The notes beneath the pieces are model-generated. The model saw nothing but the letters and a program-made list of their open reading frames with translations, made no database searches and was not told where the DNA came from. A stretch of DNA of 64,000 nt, from NCBI GenBank assembly GCA_003427395.1, contig BFEA01000038.1, forward strand, positions 151,242 to 215,241. The letters are read 5' to 3'. The position numbers and the translations under genes are program-made. Positions 1 to 12,036 of the stretch are shown one piece after another (the stretch's first letter is position 1; each line of letters begins with the position of its first letter). The DNA comes from Chara braunii (lineage: Eukaryota; Plantae; Charophyceae).

Positions 1-1526
1 AACTTGCAAGCATCGTAAGATAGACATGAGGCCCGCCCTTGGGGAATCGTAAACGTCTAACACCCAACCCCTACCACTACTCAAGGGGGGTGTAGAGAGT
101 GGGGCCGGACCAGGACCAGGATCGTATAATGTAGGTATGGACTCTCGCAGGTGTACCATGGGGCCGGGAAACTACTCTGGTAACCCAAAACACCCATGAC
201 ACACCCACAGAGCAGTGCTTACGAACCAGGCGGTGCACACAAACAGGCCCACAATCTCTACACAAATTCCTATCCTAACCTAATCTAAACCTAACACCTC
301 TACCCCAACATAACTCCTCTACCCCATCCATGGTGAGTACACGAGACATGACCCAGACATCATTGAACACCCCCCCCCCCAACACACACACACACACACT
401 CTTCGGACTACCCAAAGGCCAACCACTAAAACAGCTCTCCTCCAAGGCCCTGCTACCAGTATACTACAACCATGAACTAAACCCCTTGGGTGACGTGCAG
501 GCAGTGTCTGTAATCCTTACCATGAATCAACCCAGCGAGAGTGTGTGAATGGGCCTGTGTTGGTCAAAGCCGGCCCGTGTCCATGCGCGAGGCTGCAGAG
601 TTTTGATCGTGCAACCTCATACCACAACGCGCACTTCCAACCAGTCCTCCACCCACTGAGCTACAGCCCATTGCTCAGACTGTTTTCTTATGTGTTATAG
701 CAGCTGGGGACTATCTGGAAGCTACAAAGTCGAAGCCGGAGCCAAGTCCCACTAGTGGGGGTTTAGACTTCAAGTACGCACGCCATCCAATCTGAACATC
801 TCACCACCGCACTGTGGCCAAGTTGAAAAATACTCCAAAGGAAGACTTGAAAAATACTCCACAGGAAGACTAAACTCCTGCTTGTGCTACTTAGCCCGGG
901 GTAATGGCCCCAGTAACCATCTCAACCATGAATAACCTCTGTAAGGGACATTGGGCCCGGTTCCCAGCACAGGATGCTCCCCACGAACAGATAAGAGCAA
1001 TTGTCAAAAAACAAAATAAAAGACAGCGGCCAGGTGGACCAATACTGAATTCTGTCCCAAGTATTATTAGCATCTCAGACCACGTCCAGCAGTGTTAGTA
1101 CTGAATATTTTCCAGTAGATAGTGAGATAATGCGCTGAGATAGTAGGACCCTGACCCTGGGAGGCCTCTATGGGTAGGAATGGGTAGAGGTGTCATTACC
1201 CTTTCTTAGACCGCGTCTGGGTAGGTTTGGGTAGCAGTGTCATTACCCTTTCTTAGAACCCGTCTGGATAGGAGTGTTATCAACATGGACCCATAGTCAA
1301 TTCTATCCCGTGGGATGGTCCTCTGGGGTAATGCGATCATGCTCCAGGAGGCCTCCATATGTACTGACGTGTTCACCAAATAAAACCCCCGGTCATTATC
1401 ACTGTATCTAGACAGACAGATGCCCCAAATACAGCTATAATGACGGGGCTATTCGGGTGTGAAGACAGTAGTATTATAACGCCTACCTGCAGGCGGACAA
1501 GTATCAAATCCTACACACAGACACAG

Positions 1527-1554
1527 AGAGAGAGAGAGAGGAAAAAAAGAAAGG

Positions 1555-1604
<50 letters not shown>

Positions 1605-1724
1605 ACGAGAGAGCGCGCGCGTGAGAGAGAGAGTTTTTTTTTGTCTGTTTGTGTTCATTTATCTTTTGAATTTTGGGTACGAATTTGGGAATTAATATTT
1701 CACACACACACACGCAAACATGCG

Positions 1725-1762
<38 letters not shown>

Positions 1763-1932
1763 AATGCGCGCACGCTAGAGACAGAGAGAGCTCACGCGCA
1801 CGGGAGCGAGAGTGAGAGAGAGAGAGAGAGAGATATGTTTTTCTTGTTTGTTTGTGTTTACTTCTCCTTCGAACTTTGGGACGGATTTGGGAAAATTCTA
1901 AGGAGAAATAAACACACAGACAAAAACAAACG

Positions 1933-1995
<63 letters not shown>
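1527..1995. repeat. (GA)n/(CT)n/(CG)n compound microsatellite
   Basis: Long GA and CT dinucleotide runs that end at the N gap. Confidence 0.95.
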
Positions 1996-2908
1996 NNNNN
2001 NNNNNNNNNNNNNNNNNNNNNNNNNNNNNNNNNNNNNNNNNNNNNNNNNNNNNNNNNNNNNNNNNNNNNNNNNNNNNNNNNNNNNNNNNNNNNNNNNNNN
2101 NNNNNNNNNNNNNNNNNNNNNNNNNNNNNNNNNNNNNNNNNNNNNNNNNNNNNNNNNNNNNNNNNNNNNNNNNNNNNNNNNNNNNNNNNNNNNNNNNNNN
2201 NNNNNNNNNNNNNNNNNNNNNNNNNNNNNNNNNNNNNNNNNNNNNNNNNNNNNNNNNNNNNNNNNNNNNNNNNNNNNNNNNNNNNNNNNNNNNNNNNNNN
2301 NNNNNNNNNNNNNNNNNNNNNNNNNNNNNNNNNNNNNNNNNNNNNNNNNNNNNNNNNNNNNNNNNNNNNNNNNNNNNNNNNNNNNNNNNNNNNNNNNNNN
2401 NNNNNNNNNNNNNNNNNNNNNNNNNNNNNNNNNNNNNNNNNNNNNNNNNNNNNNNNNNNNNNNNNNNNNNNNNNNNNNNNNNNNNNNNNNNNNNNNNNNN
2501 NNNNNNNNNNNNNNNNNNNNNNNNNNNNNNNNNNNNNNNNNNNNNNNNNNNNNNNNNNNNNNNNNNNNNNNNNNNNNNNNNNNNNNNNNNNNNNNNNNNN
2601 NNNNNNNNNNNNNNNNNNNNNNNNNNNNNNNNNNNNNNNNNNNNNNNNNNNNNNNNNNNNNNNNNNNNNNNNNNNNNNNNNNNNNNNNNNNNNNNNNNNN
2701 NNNNNNNNNNNNNNNNNNNNNNNNNNNNNNNNNNNNNNNNNNNNNNNNNNNNNNNNNNNNNNNNNNNNNNNNNNNNNNNNNNNNNNNNNNNNNNNNNNNN
2801 NNNNNNNNNNNNNNNNNNNNNNNNNNNNNNNNNNNNNNNNNNNNNNNNNNNNNNNNNNNNNNNNNNNNNNNNNNNNNNNNNNNNNNNNNNNNNNNNNNNN
2901 NNNNNNNN
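1996..2908. other. assembly gap (N run)
   Basis: Run of N. Other large gaps are at 22304-22861, 36877-37249 and 42865-43079. Confidence 1.
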
Positions 2909-2939
<31 letters not shown>

Positions 2940-3130
2940 CCACCCACGCACACACGCACCCACGCACACACCCACGCACACACGCACACGCACACACGCA
3001 CGCACACGCACACACACACACATACACACACACACGCACACGCACACACGTACGACACACATACACACACACACGCACACGCACACACGCGTACGTGTGT
3101 CTGTACGTACATACGTGTACACAGACACAA
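2909..3130. repeat. (CA)n/(CACG)n microsatellite
   Basis: Degenerate CA repeats. Confidence 0.9.
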
Positions 3131-4235
3131 ATACGTGTGCGTGTCGACGACGGGCTTATTGTGGAACAACAGAGAGAGTTGAGGAGGTACTTACCGCCTC
3201 CCGTCTCGACTCGTGGCCTCTCTCTCGCTTCCCTGTGGTCCCCCACCTCGTCTTCACCTCCCTCGCCCACTCTGACTCCACCTCCACCTCCACCTTCCCC
3301 CGAACCGCGTCCGTCTCGTCAAAGACACCCGTCGCGGTGCTGCCCCACCTTATCCCCCGTTGCCTTCCAGCAGTTCGTCCCCCCGGCGTCTGACGCTTGA
3401 ATCCCGAATTAACGCAGACCACAGCGCCTATCAGGACTGTGTTGTCGGAAAATATAAAGTAAAACAAGGACCTGGTCCGCTGCCCGCATGCCAGAGACGC
3501 TGACCTAACCCCGAGCTGACCTACACCCCAGCTGATCTGGTCCCCTTGCTCGGTCCCATGCCTTCGCTTGTGCAAATGGGAAAGAAAACCGGAGGACTAC
3601 CGCTTGACGCAAAGTTGCCGGCTTTGGACACCCGCGGGCATTGCTGCACACACCAATGCATGGTAAGGATTACAGACACTGCCTGTGCCACCCAGGGGTT
3701 CAGTCCATGGTTGTTGTATGTCAGGTCTGGGCTATGTGGGGGTTTCTTGAGGAAACCCCTCTCTTGGTTCCTGGTTTGCTAAGGTTGCGTGTTCGAATCT
3801 GATCTGGTGGGATGCAGGCAGGGGTAGGATAGATCACATAAGTTGCTTACCTTAGGGCTCTGCTATGCGGGGGGTAGGGCCGTGAGGTGAGATAGGTTAG
3901 GGGGGTGTCCTGTTGGGAGGGGATTAGGTAGGAGAGTCCTGAGATAGGCTGCCCTAGGAGATAAACTGATATATAGCCCTGCCAGAGGTTGAGGTATCAG
4001 GACGGTTGTGGGGCCTGTTACGTACTAATGACCTGTGACCGGTGCTGTTCGGGATGAGGGCCCTAGTAGGGATCTGGCGCTGACGACTCTCTTAGGGATA
4101 GAACAGGATGGATAGCCTGCCACCCACATTAACAAATAGCTTACGACCAACAACGATCACAATAACAACCGAACAACCTAACAATAAGAACAGTAGTAAC
4201 AACAGCAATGCACACTGCGACAACCTAACAACAAC

Positions 4236-5924
4236 GTGACGAACTAGCTTCTGTAATGCGCGACTTTCTGCGCGAAGCGCTAAGCGGGGTCCCACGTCGA
4301 TTGGACGGGTTGATGGAAAATTGCATGTGTGTCCTTGCTTTCTTCGTTGTTTCTTCGTTCGCGCACGAGGCCCTGATGACAGTTGGGGACAATTCGGGAA
4401 TGCACGGGGAAAAGGGGGTGAAACTTGGTCGGATGGATGCGGAGTGCGCACCGAGTGCGCGATTAATAAACGTTGACGTCGCTTCTTTTCTTTCGTTTTC
4501 CCTTCTTTTAATTTTGTTTTCTGGGGCGCTGCTCTGCGTGTTCGCGCGCTCTTTCTCGCTGCTGCGTCAGGACCTTGATTGATTGGCGCCTTAATCCTTT
4601 TGCAACTGTAATTTTGGGCGCACACTTTTGTAACTGTATCTTTCTGTTTCTTGCTTCTTATTCTTCCCGCCTCGTTTCTTCCTCTCTCCCCTCCNTNGCT
4701 NGGTAGNCGCGTTTGCATGTTCNGANNGATGCNTGGAGTTGGGTACGTCCCCCACGCNGCNGCCCGACCGTGCAAACGTAAGCACTCCCTTTCTCCCATC
4801 TATCTACGTCCTTGTAATTCCGTGTTCTTCGCGCATGCATGCACGCTATAAATTCCGGCTGCGCGATTAACTTTCTCTCTTAACAGTTGCTGGAAGCTCG
4901 GGGTTGCGCGATTGAGAGGGTCGGCACACGAGCGAAGTAAGAAGCGAGTGAAGTGGGAGTCGGGCGACCCGACGAGCTGGTGCCGAATGCGCGGGGTTGA
5001 CGCGGGCCACGACGGACTGTGGGCGCGGAGCGAACCTGGCGGGCGCAGGAGGACTAAGCGGGGTGGCGGCTTCATGTGTTGGTGCGCGACGACGAACTGT
5101 CGGCATCGGAGAGAGAGAGAGAGGAGAGAGAGTTGAGGTTGAGGATGGACATGGATTTGCGCTTTTCTTTTCGGCCTTTTTTTTATCTGTGTATATAAAT
5201 TTTGGTGTCGATTACGGGCAACTCGCCCTTGTCTTTGCGGCCATATACTCGTCCTGTTGTTCGATTTGATTCTTTTTTTTTGTATCGATGTTTTCTCCTT
5301 TTTTCGTTCCTTCTCCGGAATCCTCTTTCCCTTCGAACCCTCGTACATGATGAATGAGAATGGAGATTGCATGTTGGCGTGATCAGTAGAGTGTGTTGGC
5401 TTGTCGAATCTTACGGGTAGTCTGGAGCGCACCATCCGACGTGCCATATGGGCACCTGCAAGTTCGATCCGAATGGAGCGCGGCTTACATGTGTCCATAC
5501 CACTCGGACCCGCCAATCGCGTCTTGGCTAACGCTCGTAGTCAGCCCCTCACTGAAGTAGGAGTCGATGTCAACCGGGATCGGGTTACCCATCACGCGTA
5601 AGTGCGCGTAAGTGCGACTTGTTCGCATCTCTCTTACGCACTTACGAGCCGAAGGCGTGGGCCCCAAGGACCGCCTCAACAGGCTCCCTAGAACTGGCGA
5701 TCACGTCAGGATCGGATGGCCCCGCACAACCAGCGTGCAAGCCCGCGCCCGTAAATTTTTTCATTGCTCTATTGCATCTCTTCCCTGAACTCGGCCACAG
5801 AAGATCCCAGTTCCGACCTGGGACTTCAACCACCACTTTCCCAAAAATCCTTGGCACACCCCTCTTCGCACTTTCAGGCCCCCATCCCACTCCGATCAGG
5901 AAGTCGCGTCGGGCGTGAGGTTGG
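4236..5924 (+). repeat. 5' LTR (shorter; lacks the first T and the terminal GCGTCACA)
   Basis: GTGACGAACTAGC...GTGAGGTTGG aligns to 14188-16605. About 190, 60 and 500 bp present in the 3' LTR are absent here. Confidence 0.92.
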
Positions 5925-5934
5925 TATCGGAGCC
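5922..5934 (+). promoter_or_regulatory. primer binding site for initiator tRNA-Met
   Basis: TGGTATCGGAGCC versus the canonical plant PBS TGGTATCAGAGCC. The single A>G change would pair as G:U. Confidence 0.85.
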
Positions 5935-6087
5935 CGACACGTGGCTAAGCGATAGGGTCTGTAGACTCAATATTGGCTAAGGCGAGGCGATCTGGCTCCA
6001 CGTAGCCGCCCTTCAGTTGGGGATACATGCCAACATAGTCCTGTAGCTACACGAAGCCGAACGTTTGCCACAAGGCAAGCAGGCGCC

Positions 6088-7935
6088 ATGGCTGCGGCCG
6101 CTGCTGCAGCAGCCGCTGTGGTGGTCAACCCCAACCAACAGCCTAACCCGCCTGCGCCGCCTGCACGAGTCCCTGCGGCTCCACCAGATCTTTATTTATT
6201 TGATCCAGCCCACCATCTCACTGGAGTATGGTTAGCCATGCTCCGAGCTCGGCGGTATACGAACGATGAAGCTCAGATCAACATCCCCGCGTGGATGGGG
6301 GGGGACGCCCATCATTGGTATAGCACTTATGTATGGGTGGATCTTCCCACATTCGAGCGGGATTTCATGAACCACTTCGATTATGTTCACCCCGAACAAG
6401 CACTCTATATGATCAAGGATCGAGTCCAGAAACCACTCGAATCCATTACCGAGTATCGGAACAGATTTCATCGAATGTTTGTAAAGACTGAGCGAGGCGA
6501 GCAGGTAGGTCGGGACCTGTTCATTGATGGACTACGTAACAGAGCGATTCGGGGGAAGCTACGTAAAAAATTATCTCCCATTAACCACACGCTGCAACAA
6601 ATTATGGACGCTGCCGAAGAAATGGAGCTGAAGTTCGCAGTTAGCTTCTTAGAAAATGAGGATTATGGTAGAGAAGGAGACTCGTCAGAACTTGTGAAAG
6701 CAAGGGCGGAACTGGCCGCACTGCAAAACAAATTCGAAAACATGGGATTCGTAGCCGGATCCGTTACGTATGTAGAACAGGTGACATCGAGGACCGCACC
6801 ATGTGGAGCGACTGTAAACAAGCAGATCTCGGTAATGGCGTCTCCAACCGTAACTCAGCCACCTCCACCGCCACCCACCATCGAGTCACCCGCAAGAGCG
6901 AATGAGTCTACTGCTATCTTGGAGCTAACTAAAACATTGGTTAGTCTAATCCAAGAAAGCAAGAAGGAACAGCGAGAGCACAACGCCCGATTAGAAGCTA
7001 TGATGCGGAATATGCGACCCATTGCGGTGCGAGCACCAATGCAGGGAGGCATGGCTGCTGCACAAGTTGCAGCGAGGCCAGTCGGGACAGCGGCAAATGC
7101 CTGTTTTACATGTCATCAACCGAGACACTTGGCCCGAGATTGCCCCCATCGGGCCATGCTGCCTCGAGTCGGGGTCGCGCCTGCAGCTGCAGCTCCCATA
7201 GCTAACGGCCCAGGACGTGTAGGAGCCATGATGGATGATCAGGGGGGAAGTAATGGAATGATGATTTCCAGTGAGGAAGCAGCCGAGCTTATCCCGCTGG
7301 AGCAGTATGTATCACTAGGATACCCGGGGCTGGGAATGATTGGGACGATTCGACCGGAACTCGAGTCCAGAGATGTCGTCGAATGGCGGCCTTCGTCGAG
7401 CGAAATGGAGACGGGAGGCCCTACCTTTGTTACAGGGGAAATCGATGTCCTCGAGGTTACCCGAACACTAGATCATCGAATCCCTCTCCCAATCGGCCAC
7501 CTACTCTCCATTTCGGAACAGGCGAACGAACGTATGATGCAGCATTGCAAAGCGAACCGGAAGCGATTCGCCCTTGCACGCGCAAAAGATCAGAAGGCGA
7601 AGGCGCCGACTTTGGAGGAAAAGGCGGACGTCGTCCCTGACGCCATCCGAGTCGGATTGATACAGAAAGATGACCACTTTCTTCGGATCAAGCCGATTCC
7701 GTGGAAGTCAGCCGAATGTGATATTGAAGTATGGGGAGTGCCGTATAGTGCGATCATAGATTCGGGAGCGGTTGTCCTAGCGATATCACTCCGAGTAGTC
7801 AAGAGAGCGGGTAGGAAGAATGATTTGATTATGCTAACCGAGAAGGACCAGCTCGTATCGACTGACGAGGAGAAGATCAAGACAGTAGGACGAATGACGA
7901 ATGTCACGTTCCGATTGGGAAAGTGCATGCTTTAG
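6088..7935 (+). CDS. retrotransposon Gag plus aspartic protease (N-terminal part of the polyprotein; frameshifted near 7930)
   Basis: 615-aa ORF with a capsid-like region, zinc knuckle CFTCHQPRHLARDC and protease active site IIDSGA. Confidence 0.9.
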   Translation: MAAAAAAAAAVVVNPNQQPNPPAPPARVPAAPPDLYLFDPAHHLTGVWLAMLRARRYTNDEAQINIPAWMGGDAHHWYSTYVWVDLPTFERDFMNHFDYVHPEQALYMIKDRVQKPLESITEYRNRFHRMFVKTERGEQVGRDLFIDGLRNRAIRGKLRKKLSPINHTLQQIMDAAEEMELKFAVSFLENEDYGREGDSSELVKARAELAALQNKFENMGFVAGSVTYVEQVTSRTAPCGATVNKQISVMASPTVTQPPPPPPTIESPARANESTAILELTKTLVSLIQESKKEQREHNARLEAMMRNMRPIAVRAPMQGGMAAAQVAARPVGTAANACFTCHQPRHLARDCPHRAMLPRVGVAPAAAAPIANGPGRVGAMMDDQGGSNGMMISSEEAAELIPLEQYVSLGYPGLGMIGTIRPELESRDVVEWRPSSSEMETGGPTFVTGEIDVLEVTRTLDHRIPLPIGHLLSISEQANERMMQHCKANRKRFALARAKDQKAKAPTLEEKADVVPDAIRVGLIQKDDHFLRIKPIPWKSAECDIEVWGVPYSAIIDSGAVVLAISLRVVKRAGRKNDLIMLTEKDQLVSTDEEKIKTVGRMTNVTFRLGKCML

Positions 7936-10331
7936 GAGATGTTGTGGTGCTGGATGTGAATACGTATGACGTTCTTTTCGGGCTTCCTGCATTGGTGGCG
8001 CTGCGTGCTAATGTAGACTTCGAACGCCGATCCGTCATTCTCCGGAATACCGGGGGAAAGCCGTATGTAATACCCATGAGACTAACTCTTCGAACGTCGG
8101 TTAAGGTAGTACCCCGAATTTCTCCGGAAACAATGGGAGCGCTCCGCATGGTCTCCTGGAGTGCACCTGTGGACGGAGGCCAATCATCGAACGACGCGGG
8201 GAGCGATGACGATGACGATTCAGTCGTTACACGGTTAGTACGGCAACGGATTCACTACCCGTCGCCTCGCACTATTGCGCGTACCATGCATCTAACCGCA
8301 CGGAATGCTCATATGATGATCATGGGAGAACCCCTCGTACAGATTTCGAGGTTGGTTGATTCCTTGGAACCCCCTCGGACCCTGTACGAAGGCGTATCTC
8401 CCCTTCTCCTTCGGTATAGTGACAAACGTTCCTTTTGTGATCTCACTGGCTTACCTCGATCCCTGCTTCAACCCGCAAAAAAGGTTCAGTTGTTGCGTTT
8501 GGGAGCCGAAGCAGGTTCTTTGGAACCCCCTCAGCGCATCGAGGCAAGATCCGATGAACTCGGGATCAAAATCTCGCCCAAAAGCGTGCCCTGGCGAGAC
8601 ATCTGCGACGGGATAACCCCCGAAGGTCATACAGCGATCAGGGAGGAGGAAGCACAGATGGTGGCCACTGTGTTTTCTTGGAGATCGGATCACTCTTTTA
8701 TATCTGCACCGCCGGAAACTACTCGGCGTATACACACGAAGCAGGTTAACGTTCGGATTTTGGATCAAATGTATGAATTGCATGTGCCCCAGTATGTACC
8801 TGATGAGATCCATCGGCTGATCGCTGATATTTTAATAGAGTATCAAGGGGCGATTAGCGTGTCCGATGCCGATATTGGGTTATCTGTGGTCGTTCAGCAT
8901 GCCGATTCAGACCGAGAATCATTCCCCGATCCACTGCAAGCCGTGTCGATACTCGTTGACAGAGCGCAAGACGACCTTGCAGCGAATCAGGGAATTTGAG
9001 GCAAACGGATGGATTGAGCCTGCCACCGGTCCCTGGTCGTTCCCAGTTGTATTGGTTCCTAAAAAGAACGGGTCATTCCGCATATGCATCGATTATCGAA
9101 ANCTAAATGATATCACGATTAAAGATGTNTATCCCCTTCCCCGGATTGATGATCTGCTTGATGCGATCGGGTGTGCTAACTACTTCAGCAAGTTCGACAT
9201 TCGGCATGGGTTTCATCATATCTTGGTGAAGGAAGAAGATCGGCCCAAGACCACCTTCGTTTTGTTTGAAGGCACGTGGCAGTGGGTTCGGTGCCCGATG
9301 GGAATCTGCAATGCGCCTGCCACGTTTCAGAGGGCGATGAACGTGACTTTTCAGAATTTCGTCAATAAGACACGGCTGACTTAGGGGATGATTAACTTTT
9401 GTGTCATTGTGTACATGGATGACATTCAAGTGTACTCGGACACGTTTCACGGACATGCGCAGCACATCGAATGGACGTTGGGCGCGTTGAGAGACGCAGG
9501 TTTCAAGATTGCGCTGAGCGAGTTTTTCCTCCCGGAAATCTCGTTCTTGGGGTATGTGGTGACACGAGGAGGCCTGCGGCCGGACTCTCGAAAAGTCGCG
9601 GCGGTCAAAGAGGCCCCAGTTCTGACCTCACTGACGCAGGTTCGAGCCTTCTTGGGCCTGGCCTCGTATTACCGGCGGTTCATCAAGGGGTTCGTGGCTA
9701 TAGCAAGGCCTCTGACAAACCTGCTGCGAAAAGAACAGCCCCTTCATTGGGATGACGAGTGCGACCAGGCCTTCGGGGACCTGAACGATGCTTCGTCACG
9801 GCCCCGATTCTGATTTGACCGGACCCCTCTTGGTAGTTTATTCTCATCACCGACTGGCAGCCGGAGGCTATCTCGGCCATTTTGGCACAGAAGGGAAACG
9901 ATGGGAAGGAGCATGTCATCGAGTACGCTTCCCGGACGGTGTCAGACGAGCGACGAAACGATTCCGCGCCACAAGGAGAATGCTATGCGGTAGTGTGGGG
10001 TATCCAGCACCTCCATCCGTATTTGTACGGTCAAAAGTTTCTGCTCGTCACCGACCATGAACCTCTGTTGGCTCTGAAAAAGCTAACCGACTACACGGGC
10101 ATGATCGGACGATGGGCAGTGCGGTTGCAAGAGTATGAATTTGACATTGCTCATCGAAAAACGGAGAGACACGGCAACGCCGACGGACTGACATGTTTGC
10201 ACCGACCCGGTAAAGTACCAAAGGCGGAAGAAATCACACCGTGGAAGGACCCGGACATCAATAACGGTCCAAAGTATGGAGAAGTTGTGATTATTCCACG
10301 TGGCAAGAAGTCGGTGAAGGGCAATGGGTGA
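7923..10331 (+). pseudogene. pol: protease C-terminus, spacer, reverse transcriptase and RNase H (disrupted)
   Basis: Motifs YDVLFGLP, PWSFPVVLVPKKNGSFRICIDYR, YPLPRIDDLL, PMGICNAPATFQR, VYMDD, FLGLASYYRRFI, VIEYASR, LVTDHEPL and GNADGL. In-frame stop at 9382 and frameshifts. Confidence 0.93.
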
Positions 10332-12036
10332 CGGAGGTAATGTCCAGATTCCCTCTCTTTCTTCCCCATCCTCTTCTTTCGCCTCCCTTCCTGACAAATT
10401 TTGCTATTTCTGCGAGGCAATCTCTCAAGTCTATTCCGTCCACATGTGTCCTAAAGGGAGGGGATATGTTGAATGGGTAGACTGTCGGAAATGTGTCGCA
10501 CATGCTCATGGTGCGTGCATACAGTATCGGAGTAGTGATAGACCCTGGTTCTGTCCCTTATGTCGCACTGACAAGATTCCGACGGAAGCCCGATTCCTCG
10601 ATGCCACGTCGGAAGGCCCCGACAAAATTCAGAAATTTATAAGAGCGGAAGTCTGGACAGATGTCGCCTTGATAGCCACTGTGGTAGGGAACTCCCTCGA
10701 AACCTTCTCCAAGGAGGATCGGAGGAGAGCCAATGAAAGAGCACGGGATTACCGATGGGTGGACGGACGATTAGAAAAGCGTAAAACAGACGACAGTGGG
10801 GCATGGTTAGTAGTTCCACACCTGTTTATGCGGTACGACTGGGTACGGACAGCCCACGAGGAGACGGCGGCGCATTTTGCCGTGCGTATTACCGAAGCTG
10901 CGATTCACAGAAATCAATGGTACTGGTCCAATATCCGGGACGCCGTTAAATTCATCATCCAACACTGCCAGGTCTGCGCTGCTGACAAGGCCCCAACCCA
11001 ACCGCCTAGGTCGATAGTCCCAACGCTGGTTGAACGGCCGTTTTAGAGGGTTAGTATGGATACTACAAATATAGTGGTGCCCCCCGGACCGAATAGTTGC
11101 AACTGTTCAATTCTGCTGGTTTTCGTCGACCACTTTTCTAAGTGGATCGAGGCCTACCCCTGCAAGACATGACAAGCCGCGGAAATCGCGTGGTACGTCA
11201 ACCGTTTTCTAGGCATGCACCAGGACACCGAAGAGATCCTGACCGACAATGGGGTCGAATTTAGAGGAGAAGTCGAGAGGAACCTGGTCATACACGGCGT
11301 CTCCATACGGCACACGGCCCCGCACATATCCCAGTCTAACGGATTAGTGGAAAACACGAATAGGGTGATAAAAACGGCCTTGCGGCGGAATATTGCGGCA
11401 CGTGACCCCTGACCCTGGCCTGATATTGTCGACCACATCTTGGCAGTCCATCGCGGAACGCCCCACGAATCGACGGGCCTAAGCCCCTTCAAGTTGCGGA
11501 CCAATAGTGTCGCGTGTGTGTCGATACCGAGCCTCCCCGACGAATCAGGACTCAACCGACGCCCCATAAGGGCCACCGCTCGGGACAAAGCCAAAAGGCA
11601 CCTGGAACTTATGGAGCGGTCCCTATCTAGACTGGCCCGGAAGCGACAACGGTCCACCGAATTGGCCCATGGCCGACAGGTCTGGAGTTACGAGGCCCGG
11701 AACGGGAATGCGGGTCCCAGGACCCAGTATAAGTTAGGGGACATCGTGTAGGTAAGGAAATGTGCGCGCCAGGGTAAACTAGCGCCACGATTCTTCGGAC
11801 AGTATCGAGTGATTGAACTCGGACCCAACGGCGTGGACACCGTGCACCTCGCTCCCGAGGTTTCCGGCAGTCGATCGGCTCGCCCGATCACACGCCACGT
11901 GTCCTATCTCCGTCTTCTTCCCTCTGTTCCGTCTCCTTCTACATCAACCTCTCCCGACGACGACTCTATCTCCTCTGCATCTCCTTCTCCTTCTCAATCT
12001 CTGTCGGATATGCCGTCACCCTCACCGTCGCCATGA
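10324..12036 (+). pseudogene. PHD finger fused to DDE integrase (one frame, four internal stops)
   Basis: C4HC3 pattern FCYFC..DCRKC..HAHGAC..WFCPLC, HHCC (AHEETAAH..CQVC), catalytic VSMDT / LTDNG / NGLVEN and a GPY/F-like APRFFGQY. ORF pieces 10324, 11215, 11440 and 11809 share one frame. Confidence 0.88.

Noticed and set aside
1-1430. LTR-like non-coding sequence with short direct duplications
   Set aside because: Boundaries and identity cannot be supported within the window.
1440-3400. Long ORFs of 400-575 aa (also those across 21666-23079 and 36759-37429)
   Set aside because: They consist of microsatellite translations and N gaps.
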